Below, piece by piece: positions 20,499-28,776 of a stretch of 64,000 bases of DNA. How positions within the stretch are numbered: position 1 is the first letter of the stretch; the number at the start of each line of letters is the position of its first letter. The notes beneath the pieces are model-generated. The model was given only the letters and a program-made list of their open reading frames with translations, ran no database searches and had not been told where the DNA came from. The position numbers and the translations under genes are program-made. This DNA is from an uncultured Planctomycetaceae bacterium (GTDB taxonomy: Bacteria > Planctomycetota > Planctomycetia > Planctomycetales > Planctomycetaceae): contig CAIQIE010000263.1 in assembly GCA_903871805.1 (NCBI GenBank), positions 518-64,517 on the forward strand, written 5' to 3'.

Positions 20499-23400
20499 TC
20501 AGGTGATGCCATATTTTCTGCACTTACTGAAAAACGTACTGCGGGGCAGATTCAGATTTCGAGCCGCGACGGCCTTGTTGCCACTGGCCAGCCGCAGTGC
20601 TTCACGAAGGATTCGTTCTTCTTCCGCCGGTGACTTTGCGGCAATGGAACTGGCAGTGACGGAGCCTGGAAGTTTTCGGGCCACACTCCTGACTGGCACC
20701 GCCGACTCAGGAACTCGTTCTGAGCGAACCATGGGCTTAGCGCTGATACCCGTGCGGATTTCTGCCGGCAGATCATCCAGTGTAACAATGTCGCTGTCTG
20801 CGAGGACCACGGCACGTTCGATCACGTTTTCCAGCTCTCTGATGTTTCCTGGCCAGCGGTGGGATTCAAGAACTTCCAGCGCTGCAGGTTCGATCTGACG
20901 AATCTGCTTGCGAGTCTTCCGTGCAGCCCGACTGAGAAAGAAAAAGACCAGTTCTGCCAGATCCTCCACTCGTTCTCTCAGTGGAGGCAGAGTGAGTGCC
21001 ACGACATTGAGTCGATAGAACAGATCTTCCCGGAACTGTCCTTTGGCCATCAGGTCCTCAAGATTGCGATTTGTGGCGGCGATCAGTCGCACATCCACAT
21101 CGACACTTGTATCACTGCCGACGGGTTCAAACCGTCGCTCCTGCAGGACACGCAGCAGCTTAACCTGAGTTTCCAGGGACACATCTCCAATTTCATCAAG
21201 AAACAGCGTGCCACCGTTGGCGGCCTGAAACCGACCCGGCTTATCGGCATGCGCCCCAGTGAACGCGCCTTTCACGTGGCCGAACAGTTCGCTTTCCAGC
21301 AGGGATGGTGAGAGGGCAGCGCAGTTGACACAGATTAAACTGGCTGACGCTCGTTCACTATTGCGATGAATCACCCGAGCCAGCAGTTCCTTGCCCGTGC
21401 CACTTTCCCCCCGAATCAGTACATTGGAGCTGCTTCTGGCCACTTTGCGGACCTGGACAAGAACTTTCTGCAGGGCAGCACTGCTGCCGCGGACCCCATC
21501 AAGATCCAGCTGATTGTCTGTTTGAGTTACGGGATTCTGACCGGCTTCCTGCTGCAGAATCTTCAGCTCTGCTCTCAATGCCGCCAATTGTCGCTGCTGC
21601 TCAGAAAGGCTTTCCATCTTTGTTTTCAGTTCTGCGTTCAGTCGCGTCATCGTTTGATTGGTGCGTGAACTGTGGAGTGCAAGCACGCTCATACGCGCCA
21701 TTGCCTGCAGAAACGCAAAATCTTCGGCCGTGTAGATAGCGCCGTTCTGGCGTCGTCCCAGAAGAATCACGCCATGCAAACCATCCTCGCCTTCCAGACG
21801 GCAAAGGAGTTCAGCCCGCCATTCATGAAGCAACCTCTGGACAGCATCCATCGACTCACGATTCGCGGACGGCTGACGCAGCACAACAAGAGAATTCGTG
21901 TCAGTCCCCTGCAGCATTTCTGCGGGAAGCTGTGACGGCGATTGCGGAGCAGAACGACTTCCAATCAGGCGAAATGTTCCCTGCCCATCACGAACGAACA
22001 TCATCGCCCATGAACAGGAAATCACATCTTCGCAGGTCTTGAGTGTCATTTCAGCCATCGCAGACGGCTCGGCAAGATACGCTGCAGACCGATTGAGCTG
22101 CTGCATTGCCCGGTCCAGTTGGTATTTTTCGCTGAAAAATCGTCGATCCAGTACCGCCTGCAGACGATCTCTGCCCCACAGACTTAAGCCTGCCGCCAGT
22201 ACCAGAATCAGAAACAGAGAAATCTGCTGTGTCGTCGAAGAATTCAGTGGCAGACTCCAGGAATGTGCCAGCATTCCACCAAGTGCCAGAAAGATCGCGA
22301 ATCCTGCTGATACCAGTACCGACATTCCAATGTAACGACGGCTCCGGTCGTCCACGTCTTCCGCCAGCATCAGCCTGTCACGAAGCATTCCATGGGAATA
22401 GGCCGCCATAAATAACATGCTTGCCGTGAACATCGGCAACTGCGCCCGGCCAAGCGCAAAATCAACAGTTCGAAAGAACGCCAGATACAGCGTATATCCG
22501 ATTGGAACAGTCGCCAGCAGTGCTGCACTCAGGATTGTCACCACCTGACGACGCTCTCTGGGCGTGTCGCTGTTCAACAGGCTGGAGGCCAGCCGAAAAA
22601 CCGTACAGCCGAAATACAGTGAAGCAATCCCGATTGCTGTCTGAACCAGCAACCGCAGTACATAAAGCAGCGTGGTCGCAGCGGACGTCGGGGCCAGCAG
22701 GGAAATGGAACCCTGAAAAATCATCTGAGAGACCGCAGACAGTTTTTGAATAGCCGTCAGCGGACCTGAAGCAGAATTCCCGTTCAACGCCCAGCCCGTC
22801 CAGTACGTCAGCCCAATCAGCAGACTCATCAATCCCGCCGGAAGATACACGGCAAATCCCACGCCACGCCGCCAGTTCCGAACGAAGTCTGATTCCTTCG
22901 GGAAAACCAGGAAAAAGTTCAGCACCAGCGCCGGCAGGATCCCGGCACACAAAATGAACGGCAGATTCAGAAGCGGACTGCCAGGCAACATCCACCAGTG
23001 AAACCCCGGAACAAAAGCGCCCATCGAAGCGCTGCACATCAGGCAGAACGCATGGCTGACTCGGTCAAATGGACGGTACCAGTAGGCCGTCACTGCAAAT
23101 CCCAGAATCGTCAATTGACAGGCAAACCACACAATCGTCAGAGCAATTCCCATCATCCTTACAGGACGAACTGGAAGATAGGCCCGCTGAACAAGCACAG
23201 GCTTGCCCGGATCCACATCCCCGTGCTGATACTCCACTTCAACAAACCGCTCCGATGGCTGAGACGGATCGCGGGAATATATCTCCACCAGCGGTGGCAC
23301 ACGCAGTTCCCCCGGATCTGACCCCGGCGCCAATTGACCTCCCGGAGCAATCTTGGCAAAACGCAGCCCCTGCAGCGCTCGCACAAAATCCAGAAACGTT

Positions 23401-23687
23401 GAAATCTTCTGCCCATTCAGACTTAATAAACGATCCCCGGCCTTCGGCGCAGGATCCGTCAGCCCATCCTCAATGTCGATGTACTGCTGAATCTCAACCC
23501 CAGCACCCACCACCGTTGCTTCTGGCAACAAACAACGAATACCCGCATCCGGAAACGTCGCAACAAACCACAACACAACCACACAATAGGCTACCACCAT
23601 CCCCAAAAACGTAGCAACGAACCCCCGCTGGTCAGCCGTAGAAGTTAAAGATGTCCGTGTCCATAATTGCATGAAAGAAGAGTCCAA
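20499..23687 (-). CDS. Membrane-embedded sigma-54-dependent transcriptional activator (PDZ-like, polytopic TM, GAF and AAA+ domains plus a Fis-type HTH)
   Basis: The AAA+ core has GESGTGKELLARVIH (Walker A), the GAFTGA loop (HVKGAFTGA), GGTLFLDEIG (Walker B) and RLIAATNRNL. The C-terminal HTH reads AVAARNLNLPRSTFFSKCRKYGI. Upstream of the core are a GAF-like region, roughly 9 hydrophobic helices and an N-terminal PDZ-like block (PAPKAGDRLLSLNGQKISTFLDFVRAL). The ORF-track start at 23687 is TTG; the first ATG is at 23672. Confidence 0.9.
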   Translation of the reverse strand: MDSSFMQLWTRTSLTSTADQRGFVATFLGMVVAYCVVVLWFVATFPDAGIRCLLPEATVVGAGVEIQQYIDIEDGLTDPAPKAGDRLLSLNGQKISTFLDFVRALQGLRFAKIAPGGQLAPGSDPGELRVPPLVEIYSRDPSQPSERFVEVEYQHGDVDPGKPVLVQRAYLPVRPVRMMGIALTIVWFACQLTILGFAVTAYWYRPFDRVSHAFCLMCSASMGAFVPGFHWWMLPGSPLLNLPFILCAGILPALVLNFFLVFPKESDFVRNWRRGVGFAVYLPAGLMSLLIGLTYWTGWALNGNSASGPLTAIQKLSAVSQMIFQGSISLLAPTSAATTLLYVLRLLVQTAIGIASLYFGCTVFRLASSLLNSDTPRERRQVVTILSAALLATVPIGYTLYLAFFRTVDFALGRAQLPMFTASMLFMAAYSHGMLRDRLMLAEDVDDRSRRYIGMSVLVSAGFAIFLALGGMLAHSWSLPLNSSTTQQISLFLILVLAAGLSLWGRDRLQAVLDRRFFSEKYQLDRAMQQLNRSAAYLAEPSAMAEMTLKTCEDVISCSWAMMFVRDGQGTFRLIGSRSAPQSPSQLPAEMLQGTDTNSLVVLRQPSANRESMDAVQRLLHEWRAELLCRLEGEDGLHGVILLGRRQNGAIYTAEDFAFLQAMARMSVLALHSSRTNQTMTRLNAELKTKMESLSEQQRQLAALRAELKILQQEAGQNPVTQTDNQLDLDGVRGSSAALQKVLVQVRKVARSSSNVLIRGESGTGKELLARVIHRNSERASASLICVNCAALSPSLLESELFGHVKGAFTGAHADKPGRFQAANGGTLFLDEIGDVSLETQVKLLRVLQERRFEPVGSDTSVDVDVRLIAATNRNLEDLMAKGQFREDLFYRLNVVALTLPPLRERVEDLAELVFFFLSRAARKTRKQIRQIEPAALEVLESHRWPGNIRELENVIERAVVLADSDIVTLDDLPAEIRTGISAKPMVRSERVPESAVPVRSVARKLPGSVTASSIAAKSPAEEERILREALRLASGNKAVAARNLNLPRSTFFSKCRKYGIT

Positions 23688-23697
23688 AGAAAATCTG

Positions 23698-23782
23698 GGC
23701 GCCGATGTCGCTCCCGAAGATTACTCGACGGGCGCCGAAATTTCAACAGACTGAAGCTTTCGGCGCCGAAGAAACCGGCGCC
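23698..23782. promoter_or_regulatory. Cluster of four GGCGCC palindromic hexamers (three as GGCGCCGA) forming a candidate activator/operator site array
   Basis: GGCGCC occurs at 23698, 23731, 23762 and 23777, which is four copies in 85 bp. The array lies between the sigma-54 activator start and the -24/-12 promoter at 23875. Confidence 0.45.
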
Positions 23783-23874
23783 AAGCCCTGATTTTTTGAC
23801 GTTTTATCAGGGTTTGTCAGAAGTTTTGAACACGATTGGTGCCGTGTCTCCTCAAAAGCGAAAGTTTGCGTAAA

Positions 23875-23890
23875 TGGCACAGAATCTGCT
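23875..23890 (+). promoter_or_regulatory. Sigma-54 (-24/-12) promoter candidate P1
   Basis: TGGCACAGAATCTGCT compared with the consensus TGGCAC-N5-TTGCW. The GG and GC dinucleotides have the exact 12-nt offset. It is nearly identical in form to E. coli glnAp2 (TGGCACAGATTTCGCT). It is divergent from the sigma-54 activator gene. Confidence 0.6.
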
Positions 23891-23900
23891 AAAGTTTTAG

Positions 23901-24048
23901 AAACCCAGACGCCCTTCGGTGGATGAGGCCGGTGTTGAACAAAGAGATCACTCGCTGCCTTCGGTGACCCAGCCGCTGCAGCCTCCCCAGTTTCCTCAAA
24001 CGTTCAGTCCCCACACGGTACTCAGCCAATTTCACCGAAGGGCTTTTT
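23901..24048 (+). ncRNA. Candidate sigma-54-dependent small RNA (about 148 nt), not assignable to a known family
   Basis: The predicted +1 is about 12 nt after the -12 GC. An 11-bp perfect long-range helix, GCCCTTCGGTG (23911-23921) with CACCGAAGGGC (24033-24043), is followed directly by TTTTT (24044-24048). A second CCTTCGGTG copy at 23958-23966 offers an alternative pairing. There are two C-rich stretches (CCTCCCCAG, AGTCCCCAC). No convincing ORF is present. Confidence 0.35.
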
Positions 24049-24199
24049 CATGCGCGGTGCACCGCTGGGACCGAATTTCGGGAACTCAAGGTTCAACGTC
24101 GCAAAGCCCTGAACCGAATTTTTCTGCGAATACACGCACGGCCCCTGGTGCTCCAAACAAGCCGGTTGGCCCCTGATTTCACAAATCACCTCGCCTGAA

Positions 24200-24216
24200 C
24201 TGGCAGGGTCAGTGCC
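24200..24216 (+). promoter_or_regulatory. Second, weaker sigma-54-like -24/-12 element P2
   Basis: CTGGCAGGGTCAGTGCC has correct GG/GC spacing but three mismatches at less conserved positions. It lies about 460 bp upstream of the 24677 ORF. Confidence 0.3.
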
Positions 24217-24676
24217 CATCAGTCCCGAAAAACATTGGCACTTTATGCCGCCTTCCAGACATCAACGCTCCCAGCCGTTGAACAGTCCACAGTTGTTTCC
24301 TCTGAGAAGTCAGGAACCCAGTCACGGAACTGGGTTGGAAGAGCGAGTGATTCGGTTAACAATAGGAGTTGTTAAGTCGGGCACATGGTATTCGGGTCAC
24401 GGATGGACGCATTTTCGTCCCACCAGGGTGACTGGGTCGTGTGCGTGAAAGTTGGAAACATCCTCGCGGTTCTCAGGGCAAGTTCACTGCCGACGTTTGT
24501 CGCCAGTGTCGACGGTGCGTTAAAAATTGCCGTGCAGGCCGTGGATACAGCACAAGTTTCGCCCGGAAGTTGCCATGGTTGGTTTTCGATCGGGACGGGA
24601 TAATCCAACGAAGAAGAGGTGAACGTCAGGGGACGGATCGCTTCAGAAGGTACGAACTCTCAGGGAAAGCAAAACA

Positions 24677-25270
24677 ATGGGCGATATCAAGTGGACGGTC
24701 TGGGCATTCGTTAGCGGCGCTGCTCTGTCGTGGGGCATCTATGTTCCTCTGGTGCACGACGCTACCGCAAAGCTAGGCAGTAACCTGCGGGCATTTCTGA
24801 TGGTGGGTGTGGCCTACTTTCTGGTGGCCGTTCTGGTCCCCGGAATCTTTATCTTCCTGCTGAAAAGTGACCCGACAGCAAAGGACCTGTCCAAGCTGAA
24901 CTGGTCGGGGGGAAGCCTGGTTTCCGGCCTGCTCGCCGGTGTGTCTGGCGCTGTTGGTGCACTGTGCGTAATTTTTGCAACGCGAGATGCCGTCGCTTCG
25001 GTCGGGCCGATCGTTGGCCCGCTGCTTGTGGCACCGCTTGTTTTCGCAGGTGCACCGATTATCAACACGCTTGCGTCAATCACAATCTTCGCACACGGCA
25101 AAAAATTTGAAGCTCCCTCGCCAGTGTTTTATATCGGGCTGGCCCTGGCCGCAGCAGGTATGGTAACCGTGATGGTGAATAAGCCAAAAGAAGTGAAGGC
25201 AGCAAATGCAGCGTCCGCTGCAGCAGCCTCCCCTTCCGCAGTCAATAAGGCGGCTGTTCCCGAAAAGTAA
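24677..25270 (+). CDS. Small integral membrane protein (4-5 TM, DMT/EamA-like half-size?)
   Basis: 197 aa, strongly hydrophobic with Gly/Ala-rich helices, ending in a C-terminal Ala-rich tail. No diagnostic motif. Confidence 0.55.
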   Translation: MGDIKWTVWAFVSGAALSWGIYVPLVHDATAKLGSNLRAFLMVGVAYFLVAVLVPGIFIFLLKSDPTAKDLSKLNWSGGSLVSGLLAGVSGAVGALCVIFATRDAVASVGPIVGPLLVAPLVFAGAPIINTLASITIFAHGKKFEAPSPVFYIGLALAAAGMVTVMVNKPKEVKAANAASAAAASPSAVNKAAVPEK

Positions 25271-25495
25271 TTCTGACGTTGGCCGTTCGCAACCGGTGGA
25301 TGGAACCCATGGTAAGTCCTCCACCGGTATCGCAGGCCAGGGGTGTCTCCCATCAATCCGTCATCCTGCAGATTTCACCTAACCTGCAGTTTCGGCCAGA
25401 TTAAAGCCTGTTCGATATCGTTCAGGCTCTCAAAGCCCCCTCATTTGCAAATGCAGACTTCGGAAGCGTGGCTGATGCGGGGGGGGCGGTAGTGC

Positions 25496-26920
25496 TCACG
25501 CAGCCTTCATGCTGGCAGAGGGGTGCTGAAGCAGTCGCTGAACAAGCCGTTCCAGCTTTAAGACCCGGGAGCCCTTGACACACAGAATGTCGCCTTCAGA
25601 AAGCAGGCATTCCAGAACCGGTTCAAGGCTGAACAGATCGCTGAAGGCGGAAACGCGATTCAAGGGCATTCCAGCTTTCAGAGCGGCGTCAGCACAGACT
25701 GCCGAGTGTTTTCCAACGAAAACAGCATGGTCAACGCTGGATTGGGCCAGCAACTGTGCAATTTCACGATGATACTGTTCTTCCTGGTTCCCAAGTTCCA
25801 GCATGTCTCCCAGCACAAAAATTCGCCTTTTGCCGGTCCAGTTGTTCATCTCCCGTATGCAGGCGCTCACGCTGGCCGGACTGGCATTGTAAGTTTCGTC
25901 AATCACCGTCCACGGTTCGCGAAGCACGATGCGGCCCCGACCGCGATCCGGCTGGAATGACTCAAGCCCACTGGAAATCTGGCCAGAGGTTAATCCGAGT
26001 ATCCGGCCAAGAGTGACAGCGGCAGCAGCGCTGGGCATCAGGTGGCGGCCACCGGTAAACTGAAAGCAGTCGCCAGCCATTCGAAAGGAACAGTGCCCGT
26101 TGACGCATTCTTCCGGAGTGAACTGGAGCGACGCTTCCAAATTTTCTCCGTAAAACACCACAGGAGCTACTGCGGCTGACGACATCTCTCGGACAAGGGC
26201 ATCATCGCCGTTCAGAATCACAAGGCCATGCTGCGGAATGCTGCTAACCAGTTCCTCCTTGGTTTGCTGAATCTTCTGCAGGTCCCCAAATGTCTGAAGA
26301 TGACATGGGGCCACTCGTGTCACCACGGCAATTTCCGGTTTTGCCAGTTCGCACAGAAATCGAATGTCGCCAGGTCTGCCCGCTCCCATTTCCAGTACCG
26401 CGATTTCGTCATCCTCTTTCAGCTGAAGAAGTGAGAGTGGAACCCCAAGTTCATTGTTGAAGTTTTTTGGACTCTGAATACTGCGAAAACCCTGTTTCAG
26501 AATCTGCTGGATCATCTGACGAGTTGTTGTTTTGCCAACGCTTCCCGTGATGCCGATTACAAGTGCTTCGGAATGCAGTCGATTCCAGTGAGAAAATGCC
26601 TGAAGTGCCTGAAGCGGATCCGGGACCAGAATCACCGGACAAACTCGGGCACCCGAACCTGAAAAAGGGGATGCAGGGGGCAGACTGAATTCCAGTGGCG
26701 GAGCAACATTTGTCACGATGCAGGCAGCCCCGGATGCGATGGCCTGTGCAACAAACTGAATGCCATGATGCGACTGGCCGGGAAGGGCAAAGAAGGCGTC
26801 TCCGGGCTGTATTAGCCTTGAATCAATGGAAACCCCTGTGATCGCTGTTTGCCCGTCACCGAAGCCCGTAAAGCGTCCATGCAGGATTTCTTGCAGTTGT
26901 GTGATATTGCAGGGAAACAT
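25496..26920 (-). CDS. murF: UDP-N-acetylmuramoyl-tripeptide--D-alanyl-D-alanine ligase
   Basis: Mur ligase P-loop ITGSVGKTTTRQMI, with central and C-terminal Mur ligase blocks (LEMGAGRPGDI, NASPASV). It lies downstream of murE. Confidence 0.9.
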   Translation of the reverse strand: MFPCNITQLQEILHGRFTGFGDGQTAITGVSIDSRLIQPGDAFFALPGQSHHGIQFVAQAIASGAACIVTNVAPPLEFSLPPASPFSGSGARVCPVILVPDPLQALQAFSHWNRLHSEALVIGITGSVGKTTTRQMIQQILKQGFRSIQSPKNFNNELGVPLSLLQLKEDDEIAVLEMGAGRPGDIRFLCELAKPEIAVVTRVAPCHLQTFGDLQKIQQTKEELVSSIPQHGLVILNGDDALVREMSSAAVAPVVFYGENLEASLQFTPEECVNGHCSFRMAGDCFQFTGGRHLMPSAAAAVTLGRILGLTSGQISSGLESFQPDRGRGRIVLREPWTVIDETYNASPASVSACIREMNNWTGKRRIFVLGDMLELGNQEEQYHREIAQLLAQSSVDHAVFVGKHSAVCADAALKAGMPLNRVSAFSDLFSLEPVLECLLSEGDILCVKGSRVLKLERLVQRLLQHPSASMKAA

Positions 26921-27163
26921 TTAATTCGGATCTGCAGGTGTCGAATTCCGTGAACTGGCACGGGTGACGTGAACTTATAGAGTCGCGCTGCTTTGCAAAG
27001 ATGACCGGGGATTGTCGGTTCTTTGCCCCTGGGCGATCACCGTGCTGAGGACATGTCTGCTCGCCGATCTCCCTCCTGCAGCAGCATAGCGTCTTTCCCG
27101 GTTTTTGTTCTACCTCAGGATTTCGAGGGCCGCAGGTTGGCTTTATCCCGTTTCGCAGACGAA

Positions 27164-28630
27164 TCATCTGCTGAGTCCCGATTCTCGCAGTAGCCGCCTG
27201 GCAACTTTTCGGTCGTCAAAGGAAATCTGGCGAGTTCCGATGGTCTGCCGTGTTTCATGTCCCCGTCCTGCAATCAGTACGACGTCACCTGATTTGGCCA
27301 TTGAAAAGGCCATCCGGATAGCCTTTTCACGGTCCGTGATCTGATGCACATCCGCGGTGGCCGAAAAGCCACTGCAGATGTCCGCGATAATGGCCTGGGG
27401 GGCTTCGGAGCGGGGGTTATCGGATGTCACGATGACTGTATCTGCGGACTCTGCCGCCTGAGCCATCAGTGGTCGTTTGTGTCGATCGCGATCTCCGCCT
27501 GCACCGAAGACCAGAAGAATCCTGCCCATGGAAATTGCGCGGGCAGTGGCGATGGCATGCGTCAACCCATCGGAGGTATGAGCATAGTCCACCACCACCA
27601 CGAATGGCTGGCCTTCATTGATTTGTTCCATGCGGCCGGGGACGCGTTCCAGGGATTCCAGTCCCAGCCGAATGGTTTCGGCGTCAACCCCCAGTTGCTG
27701 AGCCATGCCGGCCGCGGTTAACAAATTCAGGGCATTGTGTCGTCCGATCATTCGGGAATGTACCAGGATCGCTGTTTCTCCAAGAGACATCTCGAGTGTC
27801 TGCCCTGCCGCGTCGGCGTGGGCTACGGAGACTTTCAAATCACTGTCGAGCGACATTCCGAACGTCCTGATCCGGACGTCCTTCAGAAACGTCAGTGCCT
27901 GGCGAACTCCGGGATCGTCAATTCCAACAAGTAACGAGACATCAGGGGCCAGCAATTCCGCAATTCGAACCTTGCACTGCAGGTATGAGTTAAAACCGCC
28001 GTGATAGTCGAAGTGATCCTGAGTAATATTGGTAAGGGCCGCTGCCGCCAGTTGGAAGGCTGAACATCGCTGCTGGTCCAGGGCGTGGCTGCTGATTTCC
28101 ATAACACAGTGACTGGCCTTCACGGAAACCATCTGGCGGAACAGCGCCGCAAGATCAACGGCATCCGGCGTGGTCATGCCCGACGGGTGCGTATGCTGAC
28201 CGTCACTGTACTCAATCGTGCCCACAAGTCCCGTCCGGAACCCAGCCTGCCGCAGTATGGCTCTCAGCATCCAGGTGACGGTGGTTTTGCCATTTGTCCC
28301 GGTAACTCCGGAGATCTGCAGATGCTTTGCCGGATTGCCCAGTCTGCGCATCGCGATCCATGCCCAGACCTGTCGGGTGTCTTTAACCACACACTGGGCA
28401 AGATTCAGATTCGAAAACGGGCGTTCCACAATCACAGCCGCCGCGCCAGATGCCACGACCTCATTTAGAAAATCATGTCCATCAACGGTGTTGCCTCGAA
28501 CAGCAACAAAGATATCACCACGCCGAACGGCGCGACTATCATTGCAGAAGCGTGTGCCGCGAAGATCACCGCAGCCAATAAAGCTGACCGGGCAGGGGCT
28601 GTCTCGTAAACTAATCGACTGGATATCCAT
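27164..28630 (-). CDS. murE: UDP-N-acetylmuramoyl-L-alanyl-D-glutamate--2,6-diaminopimelate ligase
   Basis: P-loop GVTGTNGKTTVTWML, the MEISSHAL block, and the DAP-specificity motif DNPR (VTSDNPRSE). Confidence 0.92.
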   Translation of the reverse strand: MDIQSISLRDSPCPVSFIGCGDLRGTRFCNDSRAVRRGDIFVAVRGNTVDGHDFLNEVVASGAAAVIVERPFSNLNLAQCVVKDTRQVWAWIAMRRLGNPAKHLQISGVTGTNGKTTVTWMLRAILRQAGFRTGLVGTIEYSDGQHTHPSGMTTPDAVDLAALFRQMVSVKASHCVMEISSHALDQQRCSAFQLAAAALTNITQDHFDYHGGFNSYLQCKVRIAELLAPDVSLLVGIDDPGVRQALTFLKDVRIRTFGMSLDSDLKVSVAHADAAGQTLEMSLGETAILVHSRMIGRHNALNLLTAAGMAQQLGVDAETIRLGLESLERVPGRMEQINEGQPFVVVVDYAHTSDGLTHAIATARAISMGRILLVFGAGGDRDRHKRPLMAQAAESADTVIVTSDNPRSEAPQAIIADICSGFSATADVHQITDREKAIRMAFSMAKSGDVVLIAGRGHETRQTIGTRQISFDDRKVARRLLRESGLSR

Positions 28631-28776
28631 ATCGGTACAGTTTGAATAAAGAGCCGCGGCCCAAGTGCAGCAGCGGGCACTGGTTCACCGCCAGGGCAGG
28701 ACAGAACAGAACACATCTGACCTGCCTCGGCCATCTGGTCACCCGCTGCTGTCCGGTACCGCTGGTCGCCCGACAA

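Noticed and set aside
24236-24249. TGGCACTTTATGCC as a sigma-54 promoter. Similar TGGCAC hits occur at 5584 (TGGCACCGCAGGCAT) and 11114 (TGGCACTGCAGTTATC).
   Set aside because: The GG-to-GC offset is 10 nt instead of 12, or the -12 GC is missing. Sigma-54 promoters do not tolerate spacing changes.
24588-24650. Two GGGACGG(A/G)AT motifs (CGGGACGGGAT, GGGGACGGATCG) upstream of a small membrane protein, reminiscent of the ACGR-loop hairpins of guanidine-II (mini-ykkC) riboswitches.
   Set aside because: I could not draw the required G-C-closed tetraloop hairpins around either ACGG. The downstream protein (197 aa) is also not an SMR/SugE-type guanidinium exporter.
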